From NCBI RefSeq assembly GCF_009914755.1, contig NC_060926.1: a DNA stretch of 64,000 nucleotides; one strand, 5' to 3'. Shown one piece after another: positions 14,522 to 28,953 of the stretch. The notes under the pieces were generated by a model. That model was not told the origin of the DNA and did no database searches. It saw nothing but the letters and a program-made list of their open reading frames with translations. Each line of letters opens with the position of its first letter. The first letter of the stretch is position 1. The position numbers and the translations under genes are program-made. The DNA is from the human T2T-CHM13v2.0 reference genome, Homo sapiens.

Positions 14522-17500
14522 TGAAGCTGCCTCTTAAAACATATTGTTTGTATTCCTAAATATATTCAGAAGGGAAAAATATGACTATCAGTTGGGATAG
14601 TTTTATTTCCCTCCTAGAAGCCAAAAGGCTTCTTCCAATCACTTCCCAAAATCACATCCAGCTCTATGGTGAGCCCAAAGACGCCATGGCACTTACTTAA
14701 CTTTTACTATTTGCCATGTGTGTATGTGTTTGTGTTTGTATGTGAAGAGAGGAGTCCTGTATTGCTACCTGTCCCATCCCCCTTTATCTAATCCATGGTA
14801 GGTGTTTTTATGCTGACAGATAAAACCCAATCCCCTGGCAGTTTGAGGCTGTGTCTGTCTAACAGCAACTGCCGTTTAGACTACTTTTGGACATGGTCCA
14901 TTAATATATGGTCTAAGTTATATTTTTATAAGTTATATTTTTCAAAAACCAATTAAAGAAACGTTAGTTTCATGTTATGTATGGGTTTCATTGAAGTGAT
15001 GTTTATTTTGTTTACCAAGAGCTTCCAAATTCTGGTCCTTTAATTGTATTGTTTTTCTAAAGGCACAGCCCGTCTGGTATCATAGTTTAAAAGAATATTG
15101 TGATCTGGTTATCTAGTTTCTGTTCAGATTTATATATTGACAAGGAAAGCAAGATACATAGCATTCACATCTTGAGCTTTCAAATTCAGAAGTATAGTTA
15201 TCACAAACATACTTCATAACTCAGCAATGCATAAAAAGTGTTTAAATAATAGATCGAGGTGACAGATGTCATAAACATATATGAAAGGGATAGAGTCAAA
15301 CCTGGCAAATTTTGAGATGTGGTTTCAATCACAGTGTTTTTTGTTGATTTTTTTATATGATCTTAGGCAATTTTAAATTAAGGCAGGCGTCACTTTTAAT
15401 TTATTGTCAGGTGGAAAGCACACTTATTTTGTACTCTAAGGATTTATTCAACTTAACTCTGTAATTGCTAGCAATATACAAGCTCATTATTTCACAATTT
15501 ACTATATTTGGTGCCAGCTGTTATGGAGTTAATGGCAAAGTCGGAAAAAATGACATAAAGCACACTCTCAGGTTTAGTGCAACCATCATACATTATTGTT
15601 AAGAATCTCCAGTCAGCCCAGGAGTTCACTTTAGTACTATTTCTTACCATTGTCATAAGTTAAAATAAAAAACAAAAAAGATTATTTTTCCCACCAAATA
15701 TTGTATTTAATATTTTGCCAGACATTCAACTTTGCCTCCCTTTTACTATAAGAGAAACTTCTCATACCTGTTTCTTTTTCCGAAAGTTATTTTTGGCAAA
15801 GTTACAATTTCATACACTATTTTCATTGAAATGAGGTTTGAGAGGTGTCTGTATAAAAAGTAAGAAGCAAATATGCTTTTAATTGGGTTATGTGTCGCTC
15901 AGCCCAGTATTTTTTCCTCCTAGATATACTTCCTACTCATATTTTAATAGAGCCTGTAATCTTAGGGGAACAATACCCAGATAAAACAGCATAACAACCC
16001 AATATGAATTCAACAGCAAAATTCTGAAATTAAAGAAAAGTGATTTTCCTGCATTACAAGGAATTTTTGGTATATATATATGTATAATATGTTACGTTAT
16101 ACAATACTCACATTGTTTACTATTGTTACTTTCACAATTTCAACCCAACATTTTAGGTTTTTTTCCTACTCAGTGATATCCCTAAATAAAGCCATTTTTA
16201 AAATTGAGTATTGTTACAAATTTTTTTTGGTTTGAAATTATGTAACTTCTTTTTGCTGAATATATTATCTCTGATATGCACAAAATGCAACATTTGATAT
16301 ATTTCTATAAATTGAATGGGTGTTAAAATAAGAAATAAGAAACTCTATTTTTAATTATGGGAATACTTAAACTATTCCTCACCCTCTGGTTAACCAATAA
16401 TCTTTACACATTTTTGTGAATTTGTGTATCTAACTTGGGAAAAAGTCACTCTTCTTCTCTGTGTGACACATAAAAAGAGAAAATGCGTTTCCAGGAAACA
16501 ATCCACTAGTAATTTAGTCCAGCTATTTTCAGTACTTAACTTTTGTACTTTTTTCTTAAGTTCACCATGATATGACATTTTATTATTAGTTTTTTTTTTT
16601 TAAATAGTCATTCACCAGATATTAAAGGATGCAGTTGGTTTCAGTTCAGGCAGGTTTTAACTGCGTTTTAATTAGCTTAAAACATATGCTTCCATTTATC
16701 GTATTACGTGGTGTACATCCTATCCCATTTAGCTGAGTATTGAGGACTATTGTACAATATTGTGCTCAGGCTAAAACAATGAAATACTAATTGGATCCAG
16801 TAAAATAACTGTAACATTTCCGATTCCTATTAGGCAGGTTACGTAAATTAGGCTAATATAAAATGGTGCTTAATAGAATTGCAAATATGGTGTGATGATA
16901 CATTCAGACAGGAAAGACAGTGAAAGGGGATTTTGGAGAAAATCAAATACATTTGCATTACAATAAAACATTTCCTGCTGTGAGGGCTTTTGCAATGCTG
17001 GAAAAAACAACACTCCAGCACCACTCCCTCTTATTTACATAGGAATGCCATCCCAACCTCTTCCAGTTCCTATAAACAGTTGTCTGTCAGTAACAGAGAA
17101 TAACGTGCAGTTTTAAGTCTGTTGATGAATACAGTCCTTTTATTATTTCGTCAGGCATCACATCTGAGATCTTTATACTGCAATGAGGGAGCATTTCTCT
17201 TTATATACAGTATGTCTTTTATGATGAGAATGTACTGTGTAGGCTTTAAAAACTGACTATAATCATTGGATTGGATTGATATTTCCTATTTGAGCGACTA
17301 AATGTCTTGTGTTTATTTCCTTCTCTTCTTTTAAATTATTACTCACTGGGTTGGATAGTTGTGACATTTGTATATACTTTAATCATCCTAAAATTGATTT
17401 GAAAATAAAGTCTGGATAGCCTTTTCCTCCAAGGTCTCAGCCCCCTTGGACTTTCTTTTAAGCTCGAATAACAGCCATGTCTGATATTTTAAATGAAGAA

Positions 17501-18844
17501 ATTTGAGGAACTGACACCCAGGTGCGGAAGGGTAGACCGATCCTCTTTCTAAAATCCTTCCAAACCAACGCTAATTTTGTCTTTGTTCATTAGGAGTCCC
17601 CATGGTGAGTTTCCTTCTGTGTGTTTGAGGAATGCAGAGCACTTTCTGGGCTGAGAGGTGTTCTGGGGAGGAGATTTTTGAAGCTGTCCCTCAAAGGAAA
17701 AGTTGCCCAATGAAGTGAGGAAAGCACTACATTTTTCCCTTGCAAATACACTGATAAAAGAGCTTTCTGCTGAACTCACAAGCACCCTTGAACCTTTCAG
17801 TTTGCTCCCAGCGCTCAGATCCCAGTGTTTCTGTGAAATGGCAGAGAGAGAGAGAAGACCATTCTGGGGCCTAGCATGCAAATGAGCAAACCACGTAAAG
17901 GAAAAGAAAATTTAAATCCCATCTATTGTATTCTAAGCAGGTTGCTAGCAAGCCTTTGTGGAGCTGGTATAAAAATGAATCTCATCTCCTTCCTGGCATG
18001 AAAACTAAAAACATACTTTATTTCCTCACTCACATCAGTAATTTTTATGCAGTTTTATCTTCAAGAAAAGATTTTTGTTTTTCCTAGGATTTTAGGGTAT
18101 AACATTTTCATTCATGATACAAATTATTTTATCTGCATCTGTGCTTCTGATTCAGACTTTAATCTCCCTGAGATGTTTAGTTTTGGAATTTGTCACTTTA
18201 TTTACATTCATAGGTAGGTCTCCCCCTCTTTTAAAAAAGTATTGGAATTAATACTATTTGCTCAAAGGAACAGCCTTTTAAAAAGGCACTACGTCGTATG
18301 AGGCATGCTTTTCTAGTGAAGCAAACAAGTTAAAATCCTCTAGATTCAAATTCCCTTCACTTCCAGCTTTCAGCTGTAAAGCAAAGCATTTTCATCTAGA
18401 TGTAAAAGATGGTAATTGTACAATAAAGGAAAGGTTCTGGCCAATAGGAATATGCTTGGGGAACGTGAGAAGAGGGGCACTAGGGGCAAAGAAATAGTCA
18501 TCAGGCTCTGCAGTCCGGACTTACCGAAGAGGAACCCTCGACAACCCACGTGAAGCAAACTGGTCAGCCAGCCAACTAGAGGCTTTGTCCACCAAACCAC
18601 GTAATCTGTTTAGCTGAGTTCCCTCCACTCCATTATATTGATTAGAAAAAATTAAACTGATTGATTTATTTCAGCCTCATTTCATGTAAGTCAAGTGTGG
18701 AAATTTTTAGATCTATTAGTTTTTCTTATTTTCTTTTTCTCTGTAAAATTTTTGAAAATCTTGGTACAATGTAATTCTATATCAGATAGAGGAACTACCC
18801 ATATAATCTAGAGGATTCTCTTCTCAAATGACTTACAAAGATAA

Positions 18845-19065
18845 CCTTTATTTTGAAATAATTATTGATTTACAGGAAATTGTAAAAATATTGGAAGTCC
18901 CATGTACCCTTCTCCTAGTTCCCCCATTGGTAATATCTGACATAATTTGAATACAGTAATACAGTCAAACTCAGGAAACAGATTGAAAGCACCTTATGAT
19001 TTCACCAGTTTTACATGGATTCATTTGTATCTGTGTGTGTATGTAGTCTTAAACAATTTTATCAA
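18845..19065 (-). mobile_element. L1MC/MD-like 3' end fragment
   Basis: ttttgaaataatt...cccatgtacccttc...ttcccccattggtaa...ttcaccagttttaca. Confidence 0.7.
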
Positions 19066-19180
19066 ATAACTTCTTTTTTAGCTTACTGATAGCTTCAGGA
19101 AAAAAATAGCAAAGTGGCCTCAACAGTGGTGTTTTACTAAATCACTCATTATTTCCACATTCAGTGATAGCCAAAAATAA

Positions 19181-19289
19181 TATATATATATGTGTATATA
19201 TATATACACATGTATATATGTGTATATATATATACACATGTATATATGTGTATATATATATACACATGTATATATGTGTATATATATAT
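19181..19289. repeat. 28-bp minisatellite (~3.5 copies) in an alternating purine/pyrimidine tract
   Basis: Unit TGTGTATATATATATACACATGTATATA at 19191, 19219 and 19247. Confidence 0.92.
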
Positions 19290-19644
19290 TTTGCTGTTGT
19301 TGTTTTGGTTGTTTTATTGTCTAATAAAATAGACTCTTCACAGACATAAGGAACATAAAATGCATACATGCAAAAGTAAAGCAGTAATTTGCTAAATATA
19401 ATTATAATCAAAATAAAAGTCCAGATAATTAATATAATTTGATTTTCATCACAATGCAAACATTAATTTTTAGTTACACCTAGAATTATAGTTTTTAACC
19501 TTTTACATCACACGTGCATGCACACAGATATGTTTGTGGTAACCCTACTTTTATCTCATAGATCACTAATTGTTTATGTGCACATACATGTAAATAATGA
19601 CACACTCCAATTACATAGATTTGTAGAGTACAAATGCCTTAGAT

Positions 19645-19990
19645 CTGGGATCAGCAAACTCTTTCTGCATAGGACCAGATAGTAAATATTTTAGGCTTTG
19701 CAGACTAGGTCTCTGTTGCAACTACTCAATTCTGCCCTTGTAGCAAGAAAGTAGCCATAGACAATATGATAAATAAATGAATGAGTGTGGCCATGTTCCA
19801 ATAAAACTGTATTTATGGACATTGAAAATTAAATTTCACGTAATTTTCAGGTGTCACAAAATATTATTTTTCTTTTGATTTTTATTCCAACTATTTAAAA
19901 ATGTAAAATCCATTCTCAATTCACAGGCTTTACAAAACAATCTGGTTTTGGCCTGGATTTTACCAAGAGGCTGTAGTTTTTGGACCCCTG
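19645..19990. mobile_element. MER58B, full length, opposite orientation to the 7057 copy
   Basis: ctgggatcagcaaact...ccagatagtaaatattttaggc...gtagtttttggacccctg with degenerate TIRs. Confidence 0.88.
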
Positions 19991-21527
19991 TACTACAAAA
20001 TATGTACCATGCTTTCATTGATGTGTATGCATGCAAAAGTTTTCTCCCTTCTACTCTAATCTCATTCTCATTGTCACTTGAGAAGGCATAGACAAGTTAT
20101 ATAGTAGAAGCAGTTATGCTAATATGAGAGAAGGTTCTTGATGTAATAGTACAGTAATAGTAGATTATTTTCTTCTTTTTTTTAAAGTAGTTTAACATTG
20201 CATTAAAGGGAAGAACTCAAGTTTCTAATTTTTTTCCTATTTTCTTGTCATGGATATATTAGCAGTACATGATGCATACTAATTATAAAGTTGGCTGTAA
20301 CAAGAGTTCCTCTTGTGAATCCATTTAAGAACTGATTGTTTACTATCTTTTTCTGTAAGTATAAAATTTTAATTATGCCACTGACAGGAACTGTGCGTGA
20401 TACAGTGCTCTACATTTATCACTGGGAGAGGGCCAGTTGCAGAGCTGTTTGACTTTGGAGAAATCCTGATGCGTTTGCAATGTTGAGCAGCAGGTGCCAC
20501 ATTATTATGTACAGAAAAGCAATTAGGAAGCATATTGGATGAATGGGGAGTGCATTAATATTAGCAAGTACATTTGTCAGTGGTTTTGATGCGAGTCTTT
20601 TTCTTTCCTTTATGCAACATTAAGATTGTGGCTCTCATAAATTCTCCCCTTAAATTGCCATCTGTTCCCTTGTCAGGCAGTAGTGAGGTAGAGAAAAGTT
20701 TTCTTGACAAAATGAAAGGAATTTCTTTTATTTAAAGTAGAAGCAAAAGGGCCTATAGAAAGTTGCAGAATTGTAGGTTGTGCAGTTCAGCTTTGCCTGT
20801 GTTAAGTAATTACCTTTGAATGTAACATTAACCATGGAACCCTTTGATTTTTACAAGTCGCTGTTTTTTCCCAGTCATTTCATGTATTTGAAAATTCAAT
20901 AGGAAAGAGTTATAATTAGATTAATGCAATGACAACCAGCAATTGGCCATTTGGATTAGGAAGTTTGAGGAAGAAATTGCTGATTTTTTTTTTTTTTTTG
21001 GTGCATCATTTCCATTTTTCTTTCCTAGGTCTATGTTCCTATCCTGAAATAATTTAAGATTAATTAATAGAATATCACTCCTCTTTAACTCTAGGCTATT
21101 TCTGAAATACATAACATTTAATACAATAGCAACTGAAAGAAATTCTCTGTACCATATTTACTATAACAACTGGGTATATCTTCATGACAAACTCTGATGT
21201 GTACTTAACAATTAAATCTTCCAAAATCTTCATTAACAGGAAGACACAGCCAATAAGTGATTTTGGTTAATTGAGTTTTCTGGTTATTTGAAAGGTAATA
21301 TAATTCCTTTAATTACAACTACCTTAATTGAACCTTTTTTTCTTGAATATATTTTTTCACTTTTTAACTTTAGCAGTATAGGATATGAAATATCATGACA
21401 TCTAGGCCTTCACATGCTTTCTCATTGTCATCTTGGGCATTTTTTAAAATGCTTTAGGAAGAAGAAAGAATTGCACTAAACTTGTACCTAATATGAAGCA
21501 TAACCTAACTTTTTAAAAAATGGTTAA

Positions 21528-21878
<351 letters not shown>

Positions 21879-21969
21879 TCCAAAAGTACTTTCAAAAGGA
21901 AAATTGAGTTAATATATTTTCTATTTGAGTTCTCGTTGATTATGGGCATAGAAAGATTGAGTAATATAG

Positions 21970-22490
21970 CTTTATGGCTGAGGCCTGTGAAACAAAAGAC
22001 AGATTAACAAAAGAAAAGCATTCACATTTTATTTAATGTAAGTTCCATGTGACACAGGTTCATAAGGACATAAAGACCCAAAGAAACAGTTAAACTTGTA
22101 TAATTTCATGCTAGGTTTGATGAAGAGTGGATAGTCTAGGAGGAATAGGATAGGACAAAGCATTTTCATCTAGATGTAAAAGATAGGATGATCTAATGGT
22201 GGCAAACTGGGGAAACTCTGCAAGGCCTTTTTGTTCAGATTCTTCACTATGATTCTTCACTTTCAGAGATAAAGATACTCCCCTCCTCCAGGTATAAAGA
22301 GATTCCCCTCTTGCATGAAGGTCTTATGAGCTGCTTCAGGGAAACCTCAGAAAATCCTTCTTAGTTTCATGATCTGCTTTAGGGGAGAAGGGTTGTGGTG
22401 GTGGGGAAATTAGAGAGACTGTCTTGTTTCTGCCATTTTTCAATATGTCAGGTGGCATAATATTTTGGGCTATAGTATCCTGAACCCCAT
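21970..22490 (-). mobile_element. MER34-family solo LTR (second copy)
   Basis: Colinear with 13288-13850 (acagattaac, aagacccaaagaa, aggtttgatg, atgatctaatg, tcagagataa, tcagaaaatccttc); carries an extra insert at 22161-22184. Confidence 0.8.
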
Positions 22491-23144
22491 GAATAACATG
22501 GTTTTTCCACCCACGTTAAGTGTTGTCATGCATAACGTAGCCCATTTACAGGTGTCTGGAGCCACAAATTGATAGTTGCAGACGTGAGGAAAGCTGAAGA
22601 TGAAAAGAACATGAGGTTTGACTGAGGTCTTCTAGTTTCCCTTCCTTTCTGTTCCCAGAGTAACTAAGGTCAAGACCAATCAATTGTGACTGAAGCTCAC
22701 ATGAAATGTGTGTAAGAACTGATGCTGGTTTATTCACTTAAAATGAGATTGGGCACTGTGTCAGCTCATCAGCTTGTTCCCTACAGGTAAGTTTTGTTTA
22801 AAAGCTAAAGTTTAAGCACAGATTTTAGTTGGCATGCAAGGCCTCATAATTAGTGGATTTATCTGGATCTTAAGCTAGTGTCCTCAAGTTCAGATAGCCT
22901 TATTTGTCTCCACTCTTGGAACCCAAATGTTTAAGTATCCTCTACCATGGACAGGGCTGGAGATACCTTGAGAAACTCTTAATTTGAGAGTTCATTTATT
23001 CTTCTTGCCTCTTCAATTTTAGCTCAATTAGCAATATCCACATTCCTTTGAAATTTGAATATTCCCAAATCTCCTTAGTCATGCATAACTAAATCTCTTA
23101 TGAGACTTTTACTCATAGATGGCTATGAGTAAAACTATGAGTAA

Positions 23145-23462
<318 letters not shown>

Positions 23463-23749
23463 TAAAGTCTTATTTTTAGTAGGTGTTGTTTTTCAAGCTT
23501 TCAGAAGTAATCTTTGTTCTACATTCTAGGGCGCCCATTTAACCTCACTATCTTGTTTGAGTGCCTGTGTGGAAAAGGACAATCTGAGTACTTTTATAGT
23601 TGAATCTGGTTGTGATTACACCATGGCCTTTCATCCTCACAGTAGGCAGCTAGCTTGGGCCACATAAACAAAAACAAAAATCAAGTAAAAGGAAGAACAA
23701 TTAGCCAGGTAATTTAGAGAAGCAAACCACAGCAATAAGGATGAAAATA

Positions 23750-23940
23750 CCTTATCATCATTTGCAGTGAACTTTCACACGCGTCATCTCGTTACCTTCT
23801 CATAACAAACCAATGAAGTAGGCAGTGTTCATGTGTTTATCACAAATAGAGAAATTGACCCTGTGCCAGGCTTCCAGAATCATTCTGTAGGAAGGGGCAG
23901 GGCCAGGAGGCAAATGAGGATCTACTAATTCTGGTGCTTT
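23750..23940 (-). mobile_element. MIR
   Basis: tctcataacaaaccaatgaagtagg...acaaatagagaaattga reverse-complement MIR. Confidence 0.55.
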
Positions 23941-24158
23941 TTCCTCCCTCCCAGCCCTCTTCTCAGCTTTTTGCATTTTATAAAGGGGAGTCTTTTAACT
24001 CTAGGGAATCCATTTGTAGAAAATATTGCCTATTTGATCAAACTTTCAATTTACTTGGTCATAGCAAATGGATCCTAATGTGTCTCATTGACTTCCTATC
24101 CTGAACACCTTTGAGTTTTTTGTTTACCCCAGGCTACGTGGAAGGAGTTGTCACCAAG

Positions 24159-24322
24159 GTGAGGGTAAAAAACACTGGGCTGAGAGTTAGGAGAGCTGAC
24201 TTTTACATGAGTTTGATAGATACTTTTAGGTTAGTTATTCAACCAAACTAGACCACATCTGTAAAATGAGGGATTAGGACTTTGATATGTTCTAAGCCCC
24301 TTTCCGGTTTGGGGATTGTATG
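24159..24322 (+). mobile_element. MIR3-like
   Basis: aacactgggctgagagttaggaga head, catctgtaaaatgagg core, ctaagccccttcc tail. Confidence 0.65.
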
Positions 24323-24414
24323 TCTGTCTCACATCTTTCAGGAAGTCCCAGAGCTCCTCACTGTTCATAGAGCTCAGTCCTCTGTTACTGGAGCCTCTGT
24401 ATGTCTGGATGCAT

Positions 24415-24605
24415 TTGGGGTGCCTGGACTCCAGTCCCAGTGGCCCAGCATACCAACTATGTGACCAAGGACTAGGCAGATGGTATCTCTGGACTACTAC
24501 CTTGTTTCTACAACGAAAATGACAATCCTTACTCTGCTGGATTCACAGGGTTGTGTGAGGATCTAATGAGATAATAGTTATGAAAACATTTTATAAACTC
24601 TAAAA
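24415..24605 (+). mobile_element. MIR (MIRb/c)
   Basis: ctatgtgacc...tcacagggttgtgtgaggatctaatgagataat...tgaaaacattttataaact. Confidence 0.7.
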
Positions 24606-25783
24606 AGATAAAATAGTCCATGAACTTCAGTTAGTGATTGCTATCTAACTGATCATCTCTCTGTAGCACCTATTCTTCCCATGACCCACTACCGTTTTGT
24701 TCACTGGTCATATCTTGGAAGCTAGAGGCAAGGGCTGAAAAGCATATAATCTCAGCTGGGCCAGTTATCTTGGGTGTTAGATCTGTAGGAGTCTAGGTAT
24801 TCTCCAATCCCAGCTCATTCCTGAAGCAAAAGAAAGCTCTATGGGAAGATATGTGTACATTGAAGCCCCTAGAAGGGAGGAAAAATTATTACTGTCGCCT
24901 AAAATCTGGAAATAAAAAGAAACATTTTAAACTATGAGTGCCAGGGAGCCTGGGCTTCTACTGGTGGCAAGAGAAAATGCCCCCTGCGCTTTATAATTGG
25001 ATATCTGTCACTGCCTTCTAGCCATCCAGGCAGGCAAATTCAAACCTATTTTCTGTCTCTCACTCAAGAGAGATTTGGAGCCAAGCTTATAACCCTTTCT
25101 GGCATGCCTTTTGGATCTTTTCTTGGATTCCTTAATTATTTATTTATTATTATGAAGCCATCACTTTGAATCTGGGCATGAGTACAAAATGGAGGAAAAA
25201 ATTAAAAAAAAAAAAAAAAAGGAAAGTGTAGAACCACAAAGGTCAGCCAACTAGTCTCCAAATACCCCTCCCTTCATTTCCTTACTATCCTCCCCTTTCT
25301 ATTTTCTCCTCTTTTCTACACTGCATACTCTGCCTAACTCAGCATCATCACCCACCTACAGTCAGATCCCTTTAAAGGAGTGTGATTAGATGCACATAAT
25401 GACCATATCCAAAATCCAGCTGAATTTTTCTTCTCCACCCTTCTCCCCATCTTTACTTTAGTGACTTGCTTTGTTGAATCCAACTGCGGTAGAACTTGGT
25501 GGAACGCCCTTTGTCAAAACTCAACCACTCCTAAAGCATTTATTCTGCACCTTCATATTTTGGATTATTGGGTTTTTTGTATTTATTTGTTTTGTATTGA
25601 TTTTATATTCATCTAAGTCCTGTGTATGGATTAAATTTTTTTGTATTGGTCTTAGTACTGTGTATCAGGGACAGCGACAGGTTTGTTCTCTTGTCCTTCT
25701 AATAGAGGAGAGCATTTATCTGTAGTTTCTCCAAGCACTTCTCAGAAGGCATGTTTGAAATGAGAAGAAAAAATGCCATTGAT

Positions 25784-26095
<312 letters not shown>

Positions 26096-26139
26096 TCAAT
26101 ATAACTGTCAGATGCTCTCTTAGGAATTAGCAACTTAAT

Positions 26140-27060
<921 letters not shown>

Positions 27061-27149
27061 GGACAATAAATGTAGCCAAATCAGATTGGGTTATCAAACT
27101 TAAGCCATTCAATTCAGAGTCATTTTATTTTAAATTTTTATCATTTGTT

Positions 27150-27335
27150 TTTATAGCTTGCAGAGCACTTTCACTTGTATTATCTTGTACACAAGTCAAA
27201 ATAACCCAGGAAGGCAGATAGGGCATGCCATGTTATCCCATTCTATGTATATTGAAATCATAGAATCTGTGATGTTAAATGTCTTACCCAAATATATGTA
27301 GTGTAGAAGTGATAGAATTGGGACTTAAATATAGG
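27150..27335 (-). mobile_element. MIR
   Basis: agcactttcac...ttatcccattcta...gttaaatgtcttacccaa...agaattgggactt. Confidence 0.65.
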
Positions 27336-27657
27336 AAATACAGTTTATAGTTGAAGGCATGCTATGTCACCATGAATCAGAAGAAATTCTCCTTTCTTAG
27401 GTCATTAAGTTGATCTTGAGGAATTTACATAAGCACAATATTTTACTCCTGAAATCAGTTCACTCAAGCGGACCTAGCTTCACACATCTCAAAGTCAGAT
27501 TCCCTGCTCATTGCCCATTTTTTAGGATTCAAGTAGAAATATCTTTAGATCCTTTACAAGACTTTAAATATATTGACCAAGTGTGAGTTATTCTCAATCC
27601 TCTTAAGGGAACCACATTCTTTACAACTTAGGATGTTATTATCTGTTTTTATGCTGA

Positions 27658-28019
<362 letters not shown>

Positions 28020-28039
28020 TATGACCAGTAATTTTTTTC

Positions 28040-28190
28040 TTTAGAGAGCTTTTCATAGAAACATAACATTCATTCAGAATAATGCACAAATCATAAGTGT
28101 ACAGCTGAATGAATTTTCAAAAACTGAATACATCCAGATTAATAAACTAAACAGGAGTATCCTAGAAGTCCCCCTCATGCCTCCTACTAG
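28040..28190 (-). mobile_element. L1ME/MD-like 3' end fragment
   Basis: aatgcacaaatcataagtgtacagctgaatgaattttcaaaaactgaa...agaagtccccctcatgcc. Confidence 0.7.
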
Positions 28191-28209
28191 ATGACAGACA
28201 ACGTTATTC

Positions 28210-28953
28210 TATTTTTTATTTTAGATTCAGGGGGAACATATGTATGTTTTATACATGCATGTTGCTGCAAAGGACATGATTTCATTCTTTATGGCTGTGT
28301 AGTATTCCAGGGTATATATGTACCACATTTTCTTTATTCAATCTGCCGTTGATGGGTACCTGGGTTGATTCCATGTCTTTGCTATTGTGAATAGTGCTGC
28401 AATGAACATGCAAGAGCATGTGTTTTTGTGGTTCAAGGATTTCTTTTCCTTGGGATATATACCCACTAATGGGATTGCTGGGTAAAATGGTAATTCTATT
28501 TTTAGTTCTTTGAGAAATCTCCAAACTGTTTTGACAGGGGCTGAACTAATTTGCATTCCCACCAACAGTGTATAAGCATTCCCGTTTCTCTGCAACCTTG
28601 CCAGCATCTATTTTTTGACTTTTTAATAATAGCCATTCTGACTGGTGTGAGATGTTATCTCATTGTGGTTTTGATTTGCATCTCTAATGATTAGTGGTAT
28701 TGAGCATTTTTTCGTCTGTTTGTTGGCTGCTTATATGACTTCTTTTGAGAAGTGTCTGTTTATGCCCTTTGCTCAGTTTGTAATAGGGTTTTTTTTTTCT
28801 TGTTGATTTGTTTAAGTTCCCTATAGATTCTGGATATTAGGCCTTTGTCAGATGCATAATTTGCAAATGTTTTCTCCCATTCTGTAGGTTGTCTATTTAT
28901 TAATAGTTTCTTTTGCTGTGCAGAAGCTCCTTAGTTTCATTACGTCCCAGTCT
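28210..28953 (-). mobile_element. 5'-truncated L1PB/old L1PA (ORF2 C-terminus plus internally deleted 3' UTR)
   Basis: Minus-strand ORFs translate to L1 ORF2-like peptides (VWRFLKELKIELP...MFIAALFTIAKTWNQP); near-TSD GACAAC(G)TTATT at both ends. Confidence 0.9.

Noticed and set aside
19142-19459. ORFs with YIYT/ICVY repeats
   Set aside because: Translations of the TA/CA minisatellite.
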